The notes: generated from the sequence alone by a model not told the origin. A stretch of DNA of 63,944 bases, filler included, from Diploschistes diacapsis (GCA_023645945.1; 5 parts of 5 records of this genome joined end to end with filler, not necessarily neighbours in it), one strand, 5' to 3'. Numbered from the whole stretch's first letter, positions 24,601-38,686 are shown. Numbers and translations: made by a program.

Positions 24601-25887
24601 TTCTCCTGATCCGAGATCTCCGCTCCCTGTCAACGTCCGTGCTTCACTGCGGTGCAGCAGGTTCTGCGCTACCTAGGCGGCACGCATACCCACGAAACAA
24701 GATGCCGAGAAGCATAATGTTTATCACCACTTTTTCCCTCATCTGTTCTGCAGCTGTTTCCGTGCTCTTTCGGAAGCCCCAGTGTCTGCAGGATCGGAGT
24801 CCAAGCAGGGCGTTTGGGCCGACACCTCGAGCGGTGGGTGGCAAAATGCCTTCTGACAGAAGACATAATAGGAGATTGAACCCGGTCTGGGCTACTGGGC
24901 GCGACAGGCGCATTATTCCCTCATCGAGAACGGCCGACAGACGCGTTCCACAACGAGCGCAACGCAGAGTCATTGCCGATGCGATGTCGGCCTGGGGTCG
25001 AGACGAGGCTAGACTGGAGCAGTGCACTGAGCTTCCGAGTCAAATCCGGGGCTTCGAGCTCCTTTTTTTCATTTCTCCCTTCTCAGATTTTTGCCCTCCG
25101 TTGCCTCGCTTTCTCTGTCCACTATACCCGCATCCCCGTCTTCCGTCTACCGTTCCCAGCCCTCCCCTCTTCCCTTCCCTTCCCGCCAATCTACACTCAC
25201 AGCCAAACATCTCTATTTCAACTGTCAGTGTCTACAACTTCTTATCCAAACACACATGCATGGACTACCCCTTCACCGCTCTCAGGAGCTACAATTCCCC
25301 AAATTCCAAGCCATCACTACACGATAAGCACCAAGCACAAAATCAACAGCATCAAGCAAAATATATACAAACCCCCGAAAAAACCTGCAGAGCAGTTAGT
25401 CAGCCAGTCAGCTATTCATTCATTCACGGTGAGCTCGCCAACCCCGGCTACGGCTACGGTTGCCGCGACGCCACGGTGTGCAAGAGGAAAGAGGCAATAA
25501 ACCCATTATTCCCATTCTTATCCTCATCGTCGCTCTCGATCCCAATGTGCTACACCGCACGCGATCTTCCTTCTTCCTACCAGATACACCCCCCTTTTTC
25601 TCTCCCTCTCGAATCTTTTTCCTTCTCTCCCCTTTTTTTCCAAGTGTACAGCTTCCCTCTTCTCCACACCCATACCCACACCCACACACACCTCTCCCTA
25701 ATTTTTTTGCCCTCTATCTGCTCCGCCACGCCAAAGCCAAGACCGAATCAATACCGATACCGATCCAGAAACTACTCCACCTCTCCACCGTTCGTCCGTA
25801 ACGACCCGGCCGGAAAACTAAACATCGGAAATATAGAAGGGATTAGCAATTAACGCTTGATCTGCCCCGCCCTGCCCCGCCCTGGCC

Positions 25888-25987
25888 NNNNNNNNNNNNN
25901 NNNNNNNNNNNNNNNNNNNNNNNNNNNNNNNTTAATTAATTAANNNNNNNNNNNNNNNNNNNNNNNNNNNNNNNNNNNNNNNNNNNN
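25888..25987. other. Artificial contig linker
   Basis: N/TTAATTAATTAA/N spacer. Confidence 0.99.
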
Positions 25988-26192
25988 AAAGTATTAATAG
26001 ATACTACGAATAAAGGGCATCAAAATGATCTAAAAAGCGCATTTGTAGGACATTATTTGGGTGCGCATCGCATCTCCAAAGTTGGTGATGTCTACTATAA
26101 TTTAGGTAGGGACCATTACTTTTGGCACGTGACTGTTATTGCTATGCGCAATACTTAAATGGTAGTCTCCACTCTCGAGACACACGAACAAG

Positions 26193-26198
26193 ACGCGT
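26193..26198. promoter_or_regulatory. MCB (MluI cell-cycle box) candidate
   Basis: ACGCGT about 250 bp upstream of the MCM10 ATG; fits MBF regulation of replication genes. Confidence 0.4.
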
Positions 26199-26448
26199 CC
26201 CCACCCAATCGCATGTAGGACACTATCAGAATATTACCCAAGCATTTTTTCTATGAATCGAGTAGTATTTGGATGAACGTAGAGGGTAGCTTGCTTTCAA
26301 ATGGGATAGTGCTTTTGATCTGGATGTAATGCCCCATAGCTGGTGGGTTTAAGACCGATACCTGTGTGTCAATACGCGCTAAGGTTTTGCTGCAAGGCGA
26401 CCACAGCCTGGACAGATTGACAAGCCATGCGCTCCTGAGGTCAAAGAC

Positions 26449-28901
26449 ATGACAGAAGGTACTTTTGGCTATCGTTCTACTATATCCGTCACGGTAACCA
26501 AGTAGCTACAGCGACCGGCGAGCCGCAATGGCCGCCGCGTTCACCTTACGAAGCAATCCTTAGCTCGCCGAAAAGTCGAAGGAAATTGCAACAACGCCAG
26601 AACAGACTCTCGCCTTCACCTTCGCCGTTAAAAAAATCTAGCACAACGCCTAATATGCGATCGCACGCGACGTTGCAAGTGGAGGACGACGAGGAGGAAG
26701 ACGAAGAGACATTACAATTACGTCTGCAGGCGCTGGAAGCGAAGCTCAAGCTCAAGCGGCTACAAAACAAAAAGAACAAAGGTAATCAACCGAGCTCGGA
26801 TGTTGAGAATGCCGAGAATGATACAACCATAACAACATCAAGAGCGGCAACTGCCCTCTCTTCTCGAAGGGATGACAATGGAGCTTCTGGGCTTCTAAGA
26901 TCAAAATCTACCGGAAATATTCAGGTACCGCTTTCGCCCCAAAGAAAGCCAACTGTATTGCAAGAGCAAAGGTCGCCGGGCAGAGTTTTGTTGGGAATCG
27001 ACAAGGGTTTGAGCGCACGGCAGGTTTCTCTCCGCCGGGTCCCTACTTCGGCAGACACAGGTCCGTTCAAAGAGGACCCTTTTGGGGCCACTGTCCGGCC
27101 ATCGGTGTCTAGAGCTCAGGGCAGAGGCTCTGGTACGGTCCTATCAAGGCCTGATAATACTGGTTTGAAGTCGTTCAATGAGCGAATTGCAGAATCGAGG
27201 GATCGTGAGCAGAGCGAGAAGGAACGCCAGGAGAGAGTGATACGGCTTCGGGCGCAGAAGAGCAAGGGGTTCGGGGTCCAAGAGGCTCAGCTTGAGGTCT
27301 TCAGAGCTGCGTCTGAAAGGGAAGCAGCTGCGACCCAGGAACACGCTTCCAGACGGAGGAGGCAGGGCTATTCACGAGATGATGTGGTCAATGCTTTCAA
27401 CAAGCCCATCGGTGGGCTTGTAAGCCGAGCCAATTCAACGTTAGTAAGGAGAGATAACAGAGACGATGTGCCCGTCGTACCCGATGCACCTCGACAGGCG
27501 CCTCCACCGATACTTCGGAACTTGACCGCGAAGCGGGGACAACCGAGGGCCGGCTCTGGCGCCCTTTCAGACGACTCGCGCCCAAGCACTTTGACAGACC
27601 CGGCTCTGTTTGAAGGGTTCTCGCATACGAATCTTTCACGGCGCATATTACCACATAGTTTCTTAGCACGAACGCTTGAAGACAAAACTCCTACTACAAT
27701 TCCGATCCTATTACGAGGGATCGTGGCACCTCATTTCGCCTTACCTCCAGAACTAGAAGAAAAGGACTTCGTCGTATTTGGCACGATCGCCTCGAAATCA
27801 GCTCCAATGGACCACAAGGAAACTCGTAAAGCTCATACTACGAAGCACTCTGGCCCGACGTCCGCCGAAGAGGCGGCCGCTTCCGAAGCTAACGTGAATG
27901 GCAAGTATATGGTCTTCACATTGACCGATTTGAAGTGGACGTTAGACCTGTACATCTTCACAACTGCTTATGTGCGGTTCCGTAAGTTACAGCCAGGAAC
28001 GCTGATCGCCATACTCAACCCTAGCATAATGCCACCTCCTCCTGGGAGAGCAGACACAAACCGCTGGTCCTTAACCCTTCACTCATCTGACGATACCATT
28101 CTAGAGATAGGAACCTCAAAAGACCTGGGATGGTGCAAAGCCACGAAGAAGGATGGAAACCCCTGTAACGCTTGGGTCGACGCCCGAAAGAACGACTTCT
28201 GCGAGTTTCACATCGACCGCAACATCGAGCGGACACGGAGAGGCCGCATGGAAGTGCAAGGTATGAGCGCTCCATTTGCGCCGGGCGGCAAAGGCGCAGG
28301 CAGACATGGCTTTTTTGGGTCTACACGGCGGGGCAGAAATGAGCGTGAATCCCAAGAAGATGGCTTGCTAAAGGAGGGCAAGCAATACGACCGTTCCTCC
28401 CGCTCAACATACTTCATCGCTCCACATGTTGCTAACCGCACAACGGCGAATCTCCTCGATGCGGACGAGGATGGTGGCGTTCACGGGAACCGCGAGGAGC
28501 GTGTGCGGCGAGCTTTGGCAGAACAGGAAAAGGAGCGGAATATTGCACGGAAATTAGGTGAGGGCGGGAACGGTACCGGAGCCGAATATCTGCGCCTTCA
28601 CCAGGAAAGTAGCACAGTGGCCACAGCGAAGCACTTCTCGACCGAGGTAACCGTGTCTCGTGCGCTTGATACGGGAGACTTGGGTCTGAAGAGCAACAGG
28701 GCAGGCAGCGTAATGCTAAGTCCGCTCAAAAGGAAGAATAGCTCCGCTCGGACAGCACATCATGGGAACGCTGTTGATAATACCGGACCTCAAAGGAAAA
28801 AGATAAGGTTTGTCACAGCCAAGGGAATCAGAGAAGCGGGTAGAGAAAGTATTGGGGGGGATGCGGTAGGTCAGGGCGATATAGACCTAGACGTTTTCTA
28901 A
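26449..28901 (+). CDS. MCM10: DNA replication factor Mcm10; short exon 26449-26458, intron 26459-26511, then long exon
   Basis: N-terminal WPPRSPYEAILSSP; OB-fold (FVVFGTIASKS, KYMVFTLTDLKW, GTLIAILNP); CCCH zinc finger CKATKKDGNPCNAWVDARKNDFCEFH. Confidence 0.92.
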
Positions 28902-29507
28902 CGACCATTGTGTGTGTTCATTAATAATACGGGCAGTTTGTCGATTGTTGGTTCTTCAACAAGTATTCAAGACCTACTTCATGTATATATATATATGCAA
29001 TGCTGTCTTTGGAGATAGGCGTAGGTTGTCAATCCAGATCCAGACCCTCCCGTAGACGAAAGGTTTTTATCCTCGTTTGGTGCCAAGACTATCTATCTTT
29101 GCCATGGAAACCGGCAAGGCCCCCCTCACAATATGAGTCACATGACCTAGCCTTGCAATAAGTAAAGTTCAGCGTCTCAAATCCATCTGCTTCTTTCTTC
29201 ACGCTTCATCGAGCCGGCCAAAGTCATCACCACGGGTTTATCTGGTTTTCAGATACCTGAGGTAGAGCCTCTTCTGGTACCTCTGATGTTCCGAGGTCAT
29301 TGCGATCAAGGATCAAAAGAGGTTCGTCAAGGAAAGGCTTCGGAGCTCTAAATGCAACGTGCGCAGCGTCGTTCCTAATTACCAACTTACTACACTCCTT
29401 TGTGAAAGCACGCAAGCCAATCTGGGTTCTTCCGCCTCTTAGTTCTCCCACTCGTACGCGCCGCAAGTGTTCTCTGATAACAGTCGAGACTTTCGGCCAC
29501 GCTCACA

Positions 29508-30464
29508 ATGTTCAAACGGTCCTTCCCCTCGAAGGATAGGGCGGGCAAGGTGACCAAGCCGACCAAGACCTCGTTTCGTGGCTCAACGAAACACAAGATG
29601 CAGCAACAGCTGGAAAGTTTTCCTTTGGGAAGGTAAGCGGAACTCGATATACCCCAAGCCAATGGAGCTGTGCTGATTCACGTCAGCACTCTGACGAGTC
29701 CTATCATCACCCTTGTAGTGGGAAAGGACCGTCGGTTGTTCGCTTGTCATCAGGACGTGCTATCTCTCTCGCCGTTCTTCACAAATGCTCTCAAAGGTCA
29801 GTTCTATGGGAGCAACATGGGGACGATCGAACTACCGGAAGAAGAGCCTGAAGTATTCTCCTCTGTGCTCGAATACCTCTACAAAGCAGACTACTATCCG
29901 CGGCTCCTCCATGACAAGAAGCGCAACATCTGGACTCTAGAGGATGCTCCCGCCGACAAGCAAGGTCGAGGGTCGGTCGAATCAACTGTATACCACAATG
30001 GAGTGGGTGGGGTCCTCCTCAAGGACACTGTTATCTACTGCACTGCCGACAAGTTTGGTCTGGATGAGCTGAAGCGCCTGGCTCTGCGGAAACAGGGTCT
30101 GCAGATGGGTATCCAGGTCGACGTGATCTTGCGATCAGCTCGGTATGCATACGAAAACACTCCGGATCGGGATGCCAAGTTGCGTGCGCACTTTTTGGCT
30201 CTGATCATTCGAAGCCGCAAGACTTTCAAGCGTAGTGGAACCATGCAGATGGAGATGGAAATAGGGGGAAGCAAGTTGTACGTGTCGTGTGTCGTTGGCA
30301 ACCCCGGGCTCATGACTAATGTCGCCTTAGGTTTTTTGACCTATTCGTAGCAATGTGCAACCACATTGATGATATAGTTGACCTCACGTAAGCCAAGCCC
30401 GAAATCCAAATGCTCAGAAGCTAAAATGATTTACAGGAACGCTGGTTCGCCAAAGTCACTCTAG
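29508..30464 (+). CDS. BTB/POZ-domain protein; exons ~29508-29632, 29687-30277, 30331-30387, 30437-30464
   Basis: IITLVVG..RLFACHQDVLSLSPFF and LPEEEPEVFSSVLEYLYK; conserved tail LFFDLFVAMCNHIDD. GT-AG introns keep the frame. Confidence 0.9.
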
Positions 30465-33368
30465 ATTCGTTGCATAACTTCTGCCTTTGCAACACTAGGT
30501 CCCCAGGAACATTCGAGCATATTCTACCCTACTCAAATTGGCAATACATTGGGTTTCTCTACTCCAGCTAGACTGACTTCTCCTTCCCAGCAATCCTACT
30601 AAGGCGCAAACAATGGCTGGTAGCCGGGGAGCTTAGGAGTACACATGCTAATTACTTGGCGCCGTCGCTCTTAACTCTTCTTCTCAGTGCCGTCTGTGCT
30701 GCACGGGATTGGCAGCCTCATTTTCGGTAGCCTGGATGACTGTCGCGATTGGTTATGGCCTTCCATGGATCAGCGTGTCAGAGTCCAACCGGCCTCCGAT
30801 TACACCCTTTAATATCACCTCGTACGGTCCCTTTCCGCTCATTTTCATCCTGTGGTTCGCGCCAATCTCCAAATTGAAGCGATGAGAAGCAAACTGTGAC
30901 CACATGGTTTCCGCTCTTCGGCGATGCCATGGGTAACTAGTACTCTCAACGAGACCAAGACTGGGCTGCTTTGACTGTTTCTTTTGTCCAACTTGAGCAT
31001 GAGAGGGCCCGAAGGCCGTGGAGGAGCTGAGCATCTGTATGGCTAGAAGCTGTGCTTGACCAGCAAGCCAGGCTGCCCCCGCTTGTTTCGGGGGCGGTGC
31101 GTGCGAGCTGGCGGCTGTGGCAATGGTGGATTTGATAGATAAATCTGGCCACCATGTCTCGTGCATCCATCAATCCGCGCCTCGTGATTTGAAGCAGCAA
31201 CCCACCATCTTAATCTGTCGGCTGTACTCACTATATACCAAGTGGTTGGAATGTACTTTGTATGGACCCTGCCAAAGTTTAGCAAAGTGATTCCCTACAG
31301 TAAGCCGGATTGCTTAATGTGATTCGCGCAGGGAACTGGCAGGCATTGCTCTGCATGCACTTTCACTTCTTCGGCCCAAAGGCCGAGAACATTGCATGCG
31401 GAGGACAATCAGCCTAGGTAATTTTGGGATCCCGCACTGATGAATGCCAGTTCTAGACCTCCGTTAGCTAACAAGAGCTTGTTTAGGTGTTGACTCTTCA
31501 TCTCGCTCGTACGAGCAATGTAAGGTAGAGCTGAACTGCAGGCAGGTGAAAAAAAGCCCTTGAACACCTTCTGATGGGCTCCACAGTCGACCTCCTGTTC
31601 TAGCCTTGAGAGGATGTAATGCTAAGGAGGAGGATAAGTTCTCGCTTAAGAGCAAATAAATTGTTTACTTCGCTTATATGCTGCTCCTCACATTTAGCTG
31701 TGCTTTTTCTCGACGAAGAAGACTTTTCCTCGGACATAGGAACGCTAAATTCATACTGTACATGTATGAATTTACGCAGAATTGATTCAGCAACGGCATA
31801 TGCAGGAATTTCTCCTAATGATAGGCTGTTCAATAGATCCACCGAAAACGACCGTCCCCTACGAAGACGACGACGACGACGACCGCATCTTTGACTCTAC
31901 TCCCACGCCGACCTCCGTTCTCTGGGAGTTTCCCCCTCGTCTAACCTTGTTTTCCCCTTCTGCCGGTACCGCCAGCACCGCTGCCCCGGACGTCGGCCCC
32001 TTTTCGCCGCCTCGAACTATGCCGATGCGCCGGCAGGCTTACCAGCAGGGGCTGGAGCTTCTTTCGCACCCCTTCTCATCCCATAGCGACAGCGTCGGTG
32101 GAGATCAAAGCCCTTTTACCACGGCCTCCTACTCAACCCTCTCCGTGGCCCACTGTCGAATGGGGGGGGACCACGCAATGGCGGAACGGCAAGCCCGCTC
32201 GGCGGTGGTGGACGTCCAGGCTGCTGCCAAAGCCGGGATTGGAAACAAAAAGGAGAGGAAAGGGCTTCTATAGGAGTGGGTTGGCGAGGATGAAATTAGG
32301 GACAGATGGGGAGGGGGGAGGCAAGTGATGGGGGTGGGCGAGGCGAAGAGGCTCTGTCCAGGGGACAAAGACATTAGGAAGGACCTTTGAGGACATTCAA
32401 AGCGCATGACAAGTACTCCACGTTTTTTTTTTGGCGTGCTCAAACCCGAAAAGTCGGGGAATGCGTCAGGGTAGGGCGAATGGACTGCTGTTCTTCTGCA
32501 GGGGCGCCCGTGAACGGCATACATGGGCTTCCTGCAGTCTGCCGAATGCTGCAGCCCTATCTCTGTATCATGATGCAGCACTGACAGAAGCCAGCAGCTT
32601 TTAGTATATCACCACCCGGCTATTAATGGCCAGTACCCTTCTCTGCGCCCCATTTTCGGCATCCCGACGGCCAGGGCCGAGTGTACCCGGTCGGAGAATG
32701 GAGAGAGATGTACATGTCATTAAGGTAGTTGCGACAAGTTGTGAGAGGTAAAGCAAAAAGGGACTAGGCAGTCACAGTAGGAGTATAGTCATAAATACGA
32801 TAACGTGCGCAAGCTGCAAACAACAAGCGCAAGTAAGAAAAGTATCGCAAGGACGTTACATCCCGATAACAGCGATAGATAGCTACAGTACTGCTTTTCC
32901 CAGGCTTAGCTAAATGCCAACACGAGCAAACAACAATGATGGTGGAGGGGAAGCTCCGGATTGCTAAGTTGTTAGAGAGAGAGAGAGAGAGTGAGAGAGA
33001 GGCTGAATCTAGAGGGGTACTTTTTGTGCTACCCTGTAACTTGCAGCTGTAACCTTCCAAGTCAAATAAATAACATGCAATGCCCGTCTCGTCTCATCTC
33101 TTCTCAATTGACACATGCCTGCATGCTTGCGGACGAATTGAACTGACTCTTGGGTGCACTGGCTGAGAAGAGCGAGTTGTGGATTGTGGACACGAAAGGC
33201 TGTTTGTTGTCAGAGCTATTGCTGACCTGCATGTAGCTGGCTGGACTGCTCCACAAAAGGGCTGTGAGGGAATATTGAACAAGTCTCGCGTACTTAAAGC
33301 CACTCACATCCTTTGAAGAAGATCACGACCACGACGCCGACCATAGTCTTCCGCACTTACTACTACCT

Positions 33369-33371
<3 letters not shown>

Positions 33372-33423
<52 letters not shown>
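33372..33423. repeat. (CT)n microsatellite
   Basis: About 26 CT units. Confidence 0.95.
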
Positions 33424-33427
<4 letters not shown>

Positions 33428-34432
33428 CAAAACAGATGCGACGATAAGCTCGATCTCCTGCCCAAACGAGAAGCGAGGACGGGACAATGGCGTCGTATCA
33501 CAGCGGTGGTATCAATCCACATGCGGCCTCCGAGATGCTCAGAGCAGCGCTGGCAAACAGGTGAGCCCAATCGCTTCTTATTTCAAGCTTTTCCTCCACC
33601 GCCAACACGAGGGCCATGCATCATTGTGCCACGTCCAAATACGATTTGCATTTTCTCTCTATTTCAGCTCTTGTGGGATCTACGTGGCGCATTGCAAGTT
33701 CGCTCGCACAGGGTGTCTCGGCAGTCAAAGCCTCTTTGTTGGGCTCAATCGACGACAAACCATTTTCGTTGACCAGTCTGGATGCATGATGGGGAACAAC
33801 AAGCTCGAACAAAGTTTGGACCAAGGACAAGCTCTACTACTCCTGGATCTTTGCCCCACTCGGTCTGGATGGGGGCAGAGGGCGACAGCGCACAGGCCTC
33901 AAGCTCCTAACAGACCGGGTTCCCTGATTGTTACTGAAGAGAAGGTATTATTCTACCACTTTGTACTCGGCTGCTGTCACCACCACCACATTGCATGGCA
34001 TTGATTCCCAATCAACCCAGCCCGGGGGCCAAAAGAGTCGCTTAATTCCTTTAGCAGCCCCCAGGAGTCCCCAGGAGGCCCCCCGCACCCGGGCCAGTCT
34101 AGTACTTGTACCCGTACTTGTACTTGGACTTGGTTGATGCATAGTACACAGTACACAGTACAAGCCTTGCCAGTTAGTGTGTTGTTGTACTGTGTGTTGT
34201 GTGTTGAGTGTGTCCTTGGATTATTCGAATCACCTGACCTTCCTGCACATCCTTCCTTGCTCCCCTACCCTACCTCGCGCCTTCCAGAACACTGCACTCT
34301 CCCCTTCCATGGCCAAAAATAATAATTAATAAATAAATAATAAATACTAATAACCATTCTCAAAGCAAGGCCAGGCCGCACGCAGCATCCCGAAGCCGAG
34401 GCTACCTTACCTTACTTCTTGTCTTGCTTTCC

Positions 34433-34434
<2 letters not shown>

Positions 34435-34497
<63 letters not shown>

Positions 34498-34565
34498 TAA
34501 CTTTAACTTTAATTTTTGTTTTGTTTCCCAAATACCCACGAAGCTCGTCACCATCTTCTTCTTCT

Positions 34566-34596
<31 letters not shown>

Positions 34597-34615
34597 TTTC
34601 TTCTTTCTTTTCTTC
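34435..34615. repeat. (CAT)n and (CTT)n microsatellites upstream of SCH9
   Basis: About 21 CAT units at 34435-34497 and about 11 CTT units from 34555. Confidence 0.95.
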
Positions 34616-34753
34616 ATTGGTCTAATCTTACAGCTTCGCATTCTCGCTTGCTTCTGCATAGCTGATCCCGCTACTGTTACTCTCTTTCTCTTCTTCGCCA
34701 CACCTCACCCCTTACACATAATTCACGCCTAACTCTCTGATTCAGCAAGAAAC

Positions 34754-37572
34754 ATGGGTTCTAACGATGACACTCGAGAAACTAGGTCCGACGATGATGT
34801 CCACGACCACATCGGCTCACAGAGTGCGACGCCCTCGGGCGCGAGGACACCCAGACCAGACTTGCAGGACAAGCGCCTTCCGGGGATAATGCATGCCTAC
34901 TTTGGTCAGGTGGGTGCTGAGTCTACTTCAGTATCTGAACCCCAGACATCTCCCATCTCCTTACTCTCAACGAACAAGAGCGGAGCGCCGCAAGCCGAGT
35001 GTCGTGTAGCTGGCCTATCGGCACATGCGCCTCCCACTGCTCCCAGCACGCCTGGCGAAGAAAACGAGAGTCGTCCTCCTGTCGCGCAGCTGGAGGAGAC
35101 CTCGACTTCTGGCCTGCGCCCTCATTCACCGGCACACTGCTACCCAACACCACCTGTATCTTCTTCTTCTTCGTCAATGACCCAGAAAGAGTCGGATAGC
35201 AGCGAGCGAGACGGGGAGGAGCGCAGGCAGAATCCCGTGCAACGGGAGTCGGGAGACACTCCTGCCAAGCGCCTTTCTTTGAGCTCGCACCAACATACTG
35301 CTGGTCGTGAATCGCTGCCCAGTGTGGTCACAACCTCATCGGTACATGCGTCAGATATTGCCCAAGCTAGTATTACTCGAAACTCATCTTCCTCGTCATC
35401 CTCGTCACATTCCCCCTTGCACATGCAGTCCTCAATATCTGCACTCTCCAGCTGTCTAGAAGCCGTCAAGCTGACAAGAGGCGTGGCGCCTGCGTCACGT
35501 AAGAAGAACACGCCTCCGCTCACGCCACGGGCTCTCTCCACCTCGACGCCCGTCAACGGTGCCTCCAGAGCGTCGGTGCCTACTCCTCGATCGTCCGACC
35601 AGAACAACGACGCTGCGAGTTCGCACCATGATGAATCGAAGCGCGACTCGTACATTGAGCTTCCGCCCACGAAGACGCCCAAGGGTAGGCTTTCCATGAA
35701 GATATCCGAGGGCCGTGCTTTGAAGCCGAGCTTCGATCCCTACGTCGTGTGCTTTTTCGAATGGAACGAGTACATCACGAGAGGGCCCAAGCAAGTGGAG
35801 GAGGAGGCGAAGAGGAGTGCATCGAGGCCGAGGGAGGACATGCTTGGTGGCGTGCCGGTTCAACGGTCTGGCAGCGACTTCGGAAGGTCGATCGCGATAC
35901 CGATGAAGAGCCGACAAGGAAGCACCACGAGCGTGCACGAAGGCAGAGCCCCCAGCAAACCCGGACAGCAGGTGACCAATCCGAAGTGGGACATTGAAGC
36001 GACTTTGTAAGCGTCCATGTAAGATTCCTCGGGTGCCCTTTGCTGACTTGCTCTCTCCAGCGACGTGCTTGCGGAAAAGCCGGAAGTCTACCTCTATGTC
36101 TACGACCGATCCAATCAGGAAGCTTTTCTTGGCTTTGTTCGAATGAGTCCCGATGTGAGCAGGGACAACGGCGAGATCGAGAACTGGTTCAAGCTGGAGG
36201 CGAGAAACGAGCAGGACGAGAACGTTTCGGGTGAGATACACATTACAACACGCTTCAACAAGGTAGCGAAGACCAAGGTCGAGCCGTCGGACTTTGACAT
36301 CCTCAAGCTGATCGGCAAAGGTGCGTCGGAGCGGTTCACATGGTGTTTTTTTTTTTTTTTTTTTGGGGGGGGAGGGGAGAGAGTTCGGGACACTGATCCA
36401 GCGCAGGCACGTTTGGTCAAGTGTACCAAGTCAGGAAACGGGACACCCATCGAATATATGCTATGAAGGTCCTCTCAAAGAAGGTCATTGTCCAGAAGAA
36501 GGAGGTTGCCCACACAATAGGCGAGAGGAATATTCTCGTGCGAACGGCCATGGCGGATTCACCGTTCATCGTTGGCCTCAAGTTCTCCTTCCAGACGGAA
36601 ACGGATCTTTACTTTGTCACCGATTTCATGTCGGGAGGCGAGCTGTTCTGGCATCTGCAAAAGGAGGGTCGCTTCAACGAGACGCGCGCCAAATTCTACA
36701 TTGCGGAGCTGATCCTCGCGCTAAAGCATCTGCACGCCTACGACATCGTCTATCGGGATCTCAAGCCGGAGAACATCCTTCTCGACGCCAACGGACACAT
36801 TGCGCTGTGCGACTTTGGTCTTTCGAAAATGAACCTGTCCAAAGACGACACGACCAATACGTTTTGCGGAACCACGGAATACCTGGCACCCGAGGTCCTG
36901 CTGGACGAGCAGGGTTACACCAAGATGGTCGATTTCTGGTCCCTCGGCGTACTGGTTTTCGAGATGTGCTGCGGGTGGAGCCCGTTCTATGCCGAGGATA
37001 CGCAGCAGATGTACAAGAACATTGCCTTTGGGAAAGTCCGCTTCCCGCGCGATGCTCTGAGCACCGAGGGCCGGAACTTCGTCAAGGGCCTGCTCAATCG
37101 GAACCCCAAGCACCGCCTCGGCGCCAACGGGGACGCAGACGAATTGAAGAACCACCCCTTCTTTGACGATGTCGACTGGGAAGCGCTCCATCAGAAGAAA
37201 GTCGTCCCACCCTTCAAACCGAAGCTCAAGTCGGTGTTGGACACGTCGAACTTCGACCCCGAGTTCACGAACGCACTGGCCAATTCGTCTTCGCTCACCG
37301 CGCGCGCGGCAGCCCTTGCCGGTGCCCAGGTGCCGGCCTCGACCCCGCTCTCTCCTGGAATGCAGGCCAAGTTCAAAGGCTTTACTTTTGTGGACGAGAG
37401 CAGCATGGACGAGCAGTTTCGGGCTCGAGAACCGGGTATCGAGGAGGACGTCCGGGATGACGAAGGTTGGGATTATTCTGCGAGCAGGAAGAGAGACGAC
37501 CGCATGAGCGGTATCGTTAAGACGAGCAGTGGCGAAGACAATTTCTTCAACGACGCCGGATTCGATGAGTGA
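34754..37572 (+). CDS. SCH9: AGC-family Ser/Thr kinase Sch9; exons 34754-36006, 36061-36320, 36407-37572
   Basis: C2 domain (GRLSMKISEGRALKPSFDPYVVC; VYDRSNQEAFLG). Kinase motifs GKGTFG, YRDLKPEN, DFGLSK and TNTFCGTTEYLAPE; hydrophobic motif FKGFTFVDE. Confidence 0.96.
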
Positions 37573-38686
37573 AACGCGATCCGGATATTTGGGGGGGGGG
37601 CGGCCCGAAGTCTGCTTTGCGCAAGATGTCTCTTTTCTGCATGCCGTTTTCTTCTTTCCGAGCCTCGCAGATTTCACGCCCGCTTCGATACCCCTTTTGC
37701 TCGATTGACTCTGTCCGTTGGCTTCGACCGTGTTCATAAGCATACGATTTTCTCTATGGAAGGACGACATTCCGCGGCCACCATTGTTGCATGGCAGAAC
37801 GGCGTTTATCACCCCTTTGCACGCGATCGCTTTGAAATTTCCACCAGGACTAGCGTGCGTACATGGGGTATTATGGAGTGTTAATGGATGGCGGCGGCGG
37901 TTGATTTTGCTGCTTTGTGGAAAGATTTTGAGGGGGAAAAGCTAGCAGCAGCAGATGGAATATCAAAAGATGAAGGCAAATAGGAGGTGGAAGTCATTGC
38001 CTATGGGTTAAGGAAAGAGTTGACCGCGCCCCGGATGCGAGCTAGCCCAATCGTGTATGTACATATCCAGCATTAGCATTGGTATTATCAGCATTATTAT
38101 TGCTAGCCAGTACCAGCATCAGCAAATCGCTGGCTGTCGCAGTGTAAGCGGCGCGAGGGGGCAGAGGCGGGAGAAAAAATGCGAGAGATGAGGAGAAAGC
38201 AACCTGCCTGCCAGACCCCTTCATTGGTGACGATTCGAATTCTCTCCCCTCCAACTGTGAAACAAAGTTTGGACATAAGGAGGGTAGGTAGGTAGGCAGG
38301 TAGGTCAATTAGCCTTGAAGTAACACGCAGAACCATTCCCACCACACACATTTGATATGTATGAAAAAATGTCACACGGAAGGGGAGGTTCAATACCAAT
38401 CGCCCTGAAACCCAACCCTCGTACCTCTCTCTCTATAGAACTACTTCACGCCCCACAGATGCACAGACGAGAAATGCTAAGTAACTCTTTACTTGCCGTT
38501 GTTTCTTTATTCCCGGGAAACCCCCCCTGTCCTGCACTGCAGTGCATAGTATAGTATAGTATAGTATAGTATATTATAGTGTACAATAGCGCGCGCTGCT
38601 CTGCTGTACTGTACTTTTTTTATTTTTATTTAATCATGGGTAGCTTAGGTTACGTTACTTGGAAATACAATAATCGAATACTAATA

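Noticed and set aside
34402..34732. Poly-Ile/Phe, poly-Ser and poly-Met/Lys ORFs
   Set aside because: Translations of the (CAT)n and (CTT)n microsatellites.
36321..37812. Long alternative-frame and antisense ORFs (281 aa, 363 aa)
   Set aside because: Shadows of the GC3-rich SCH9 kinase exon.
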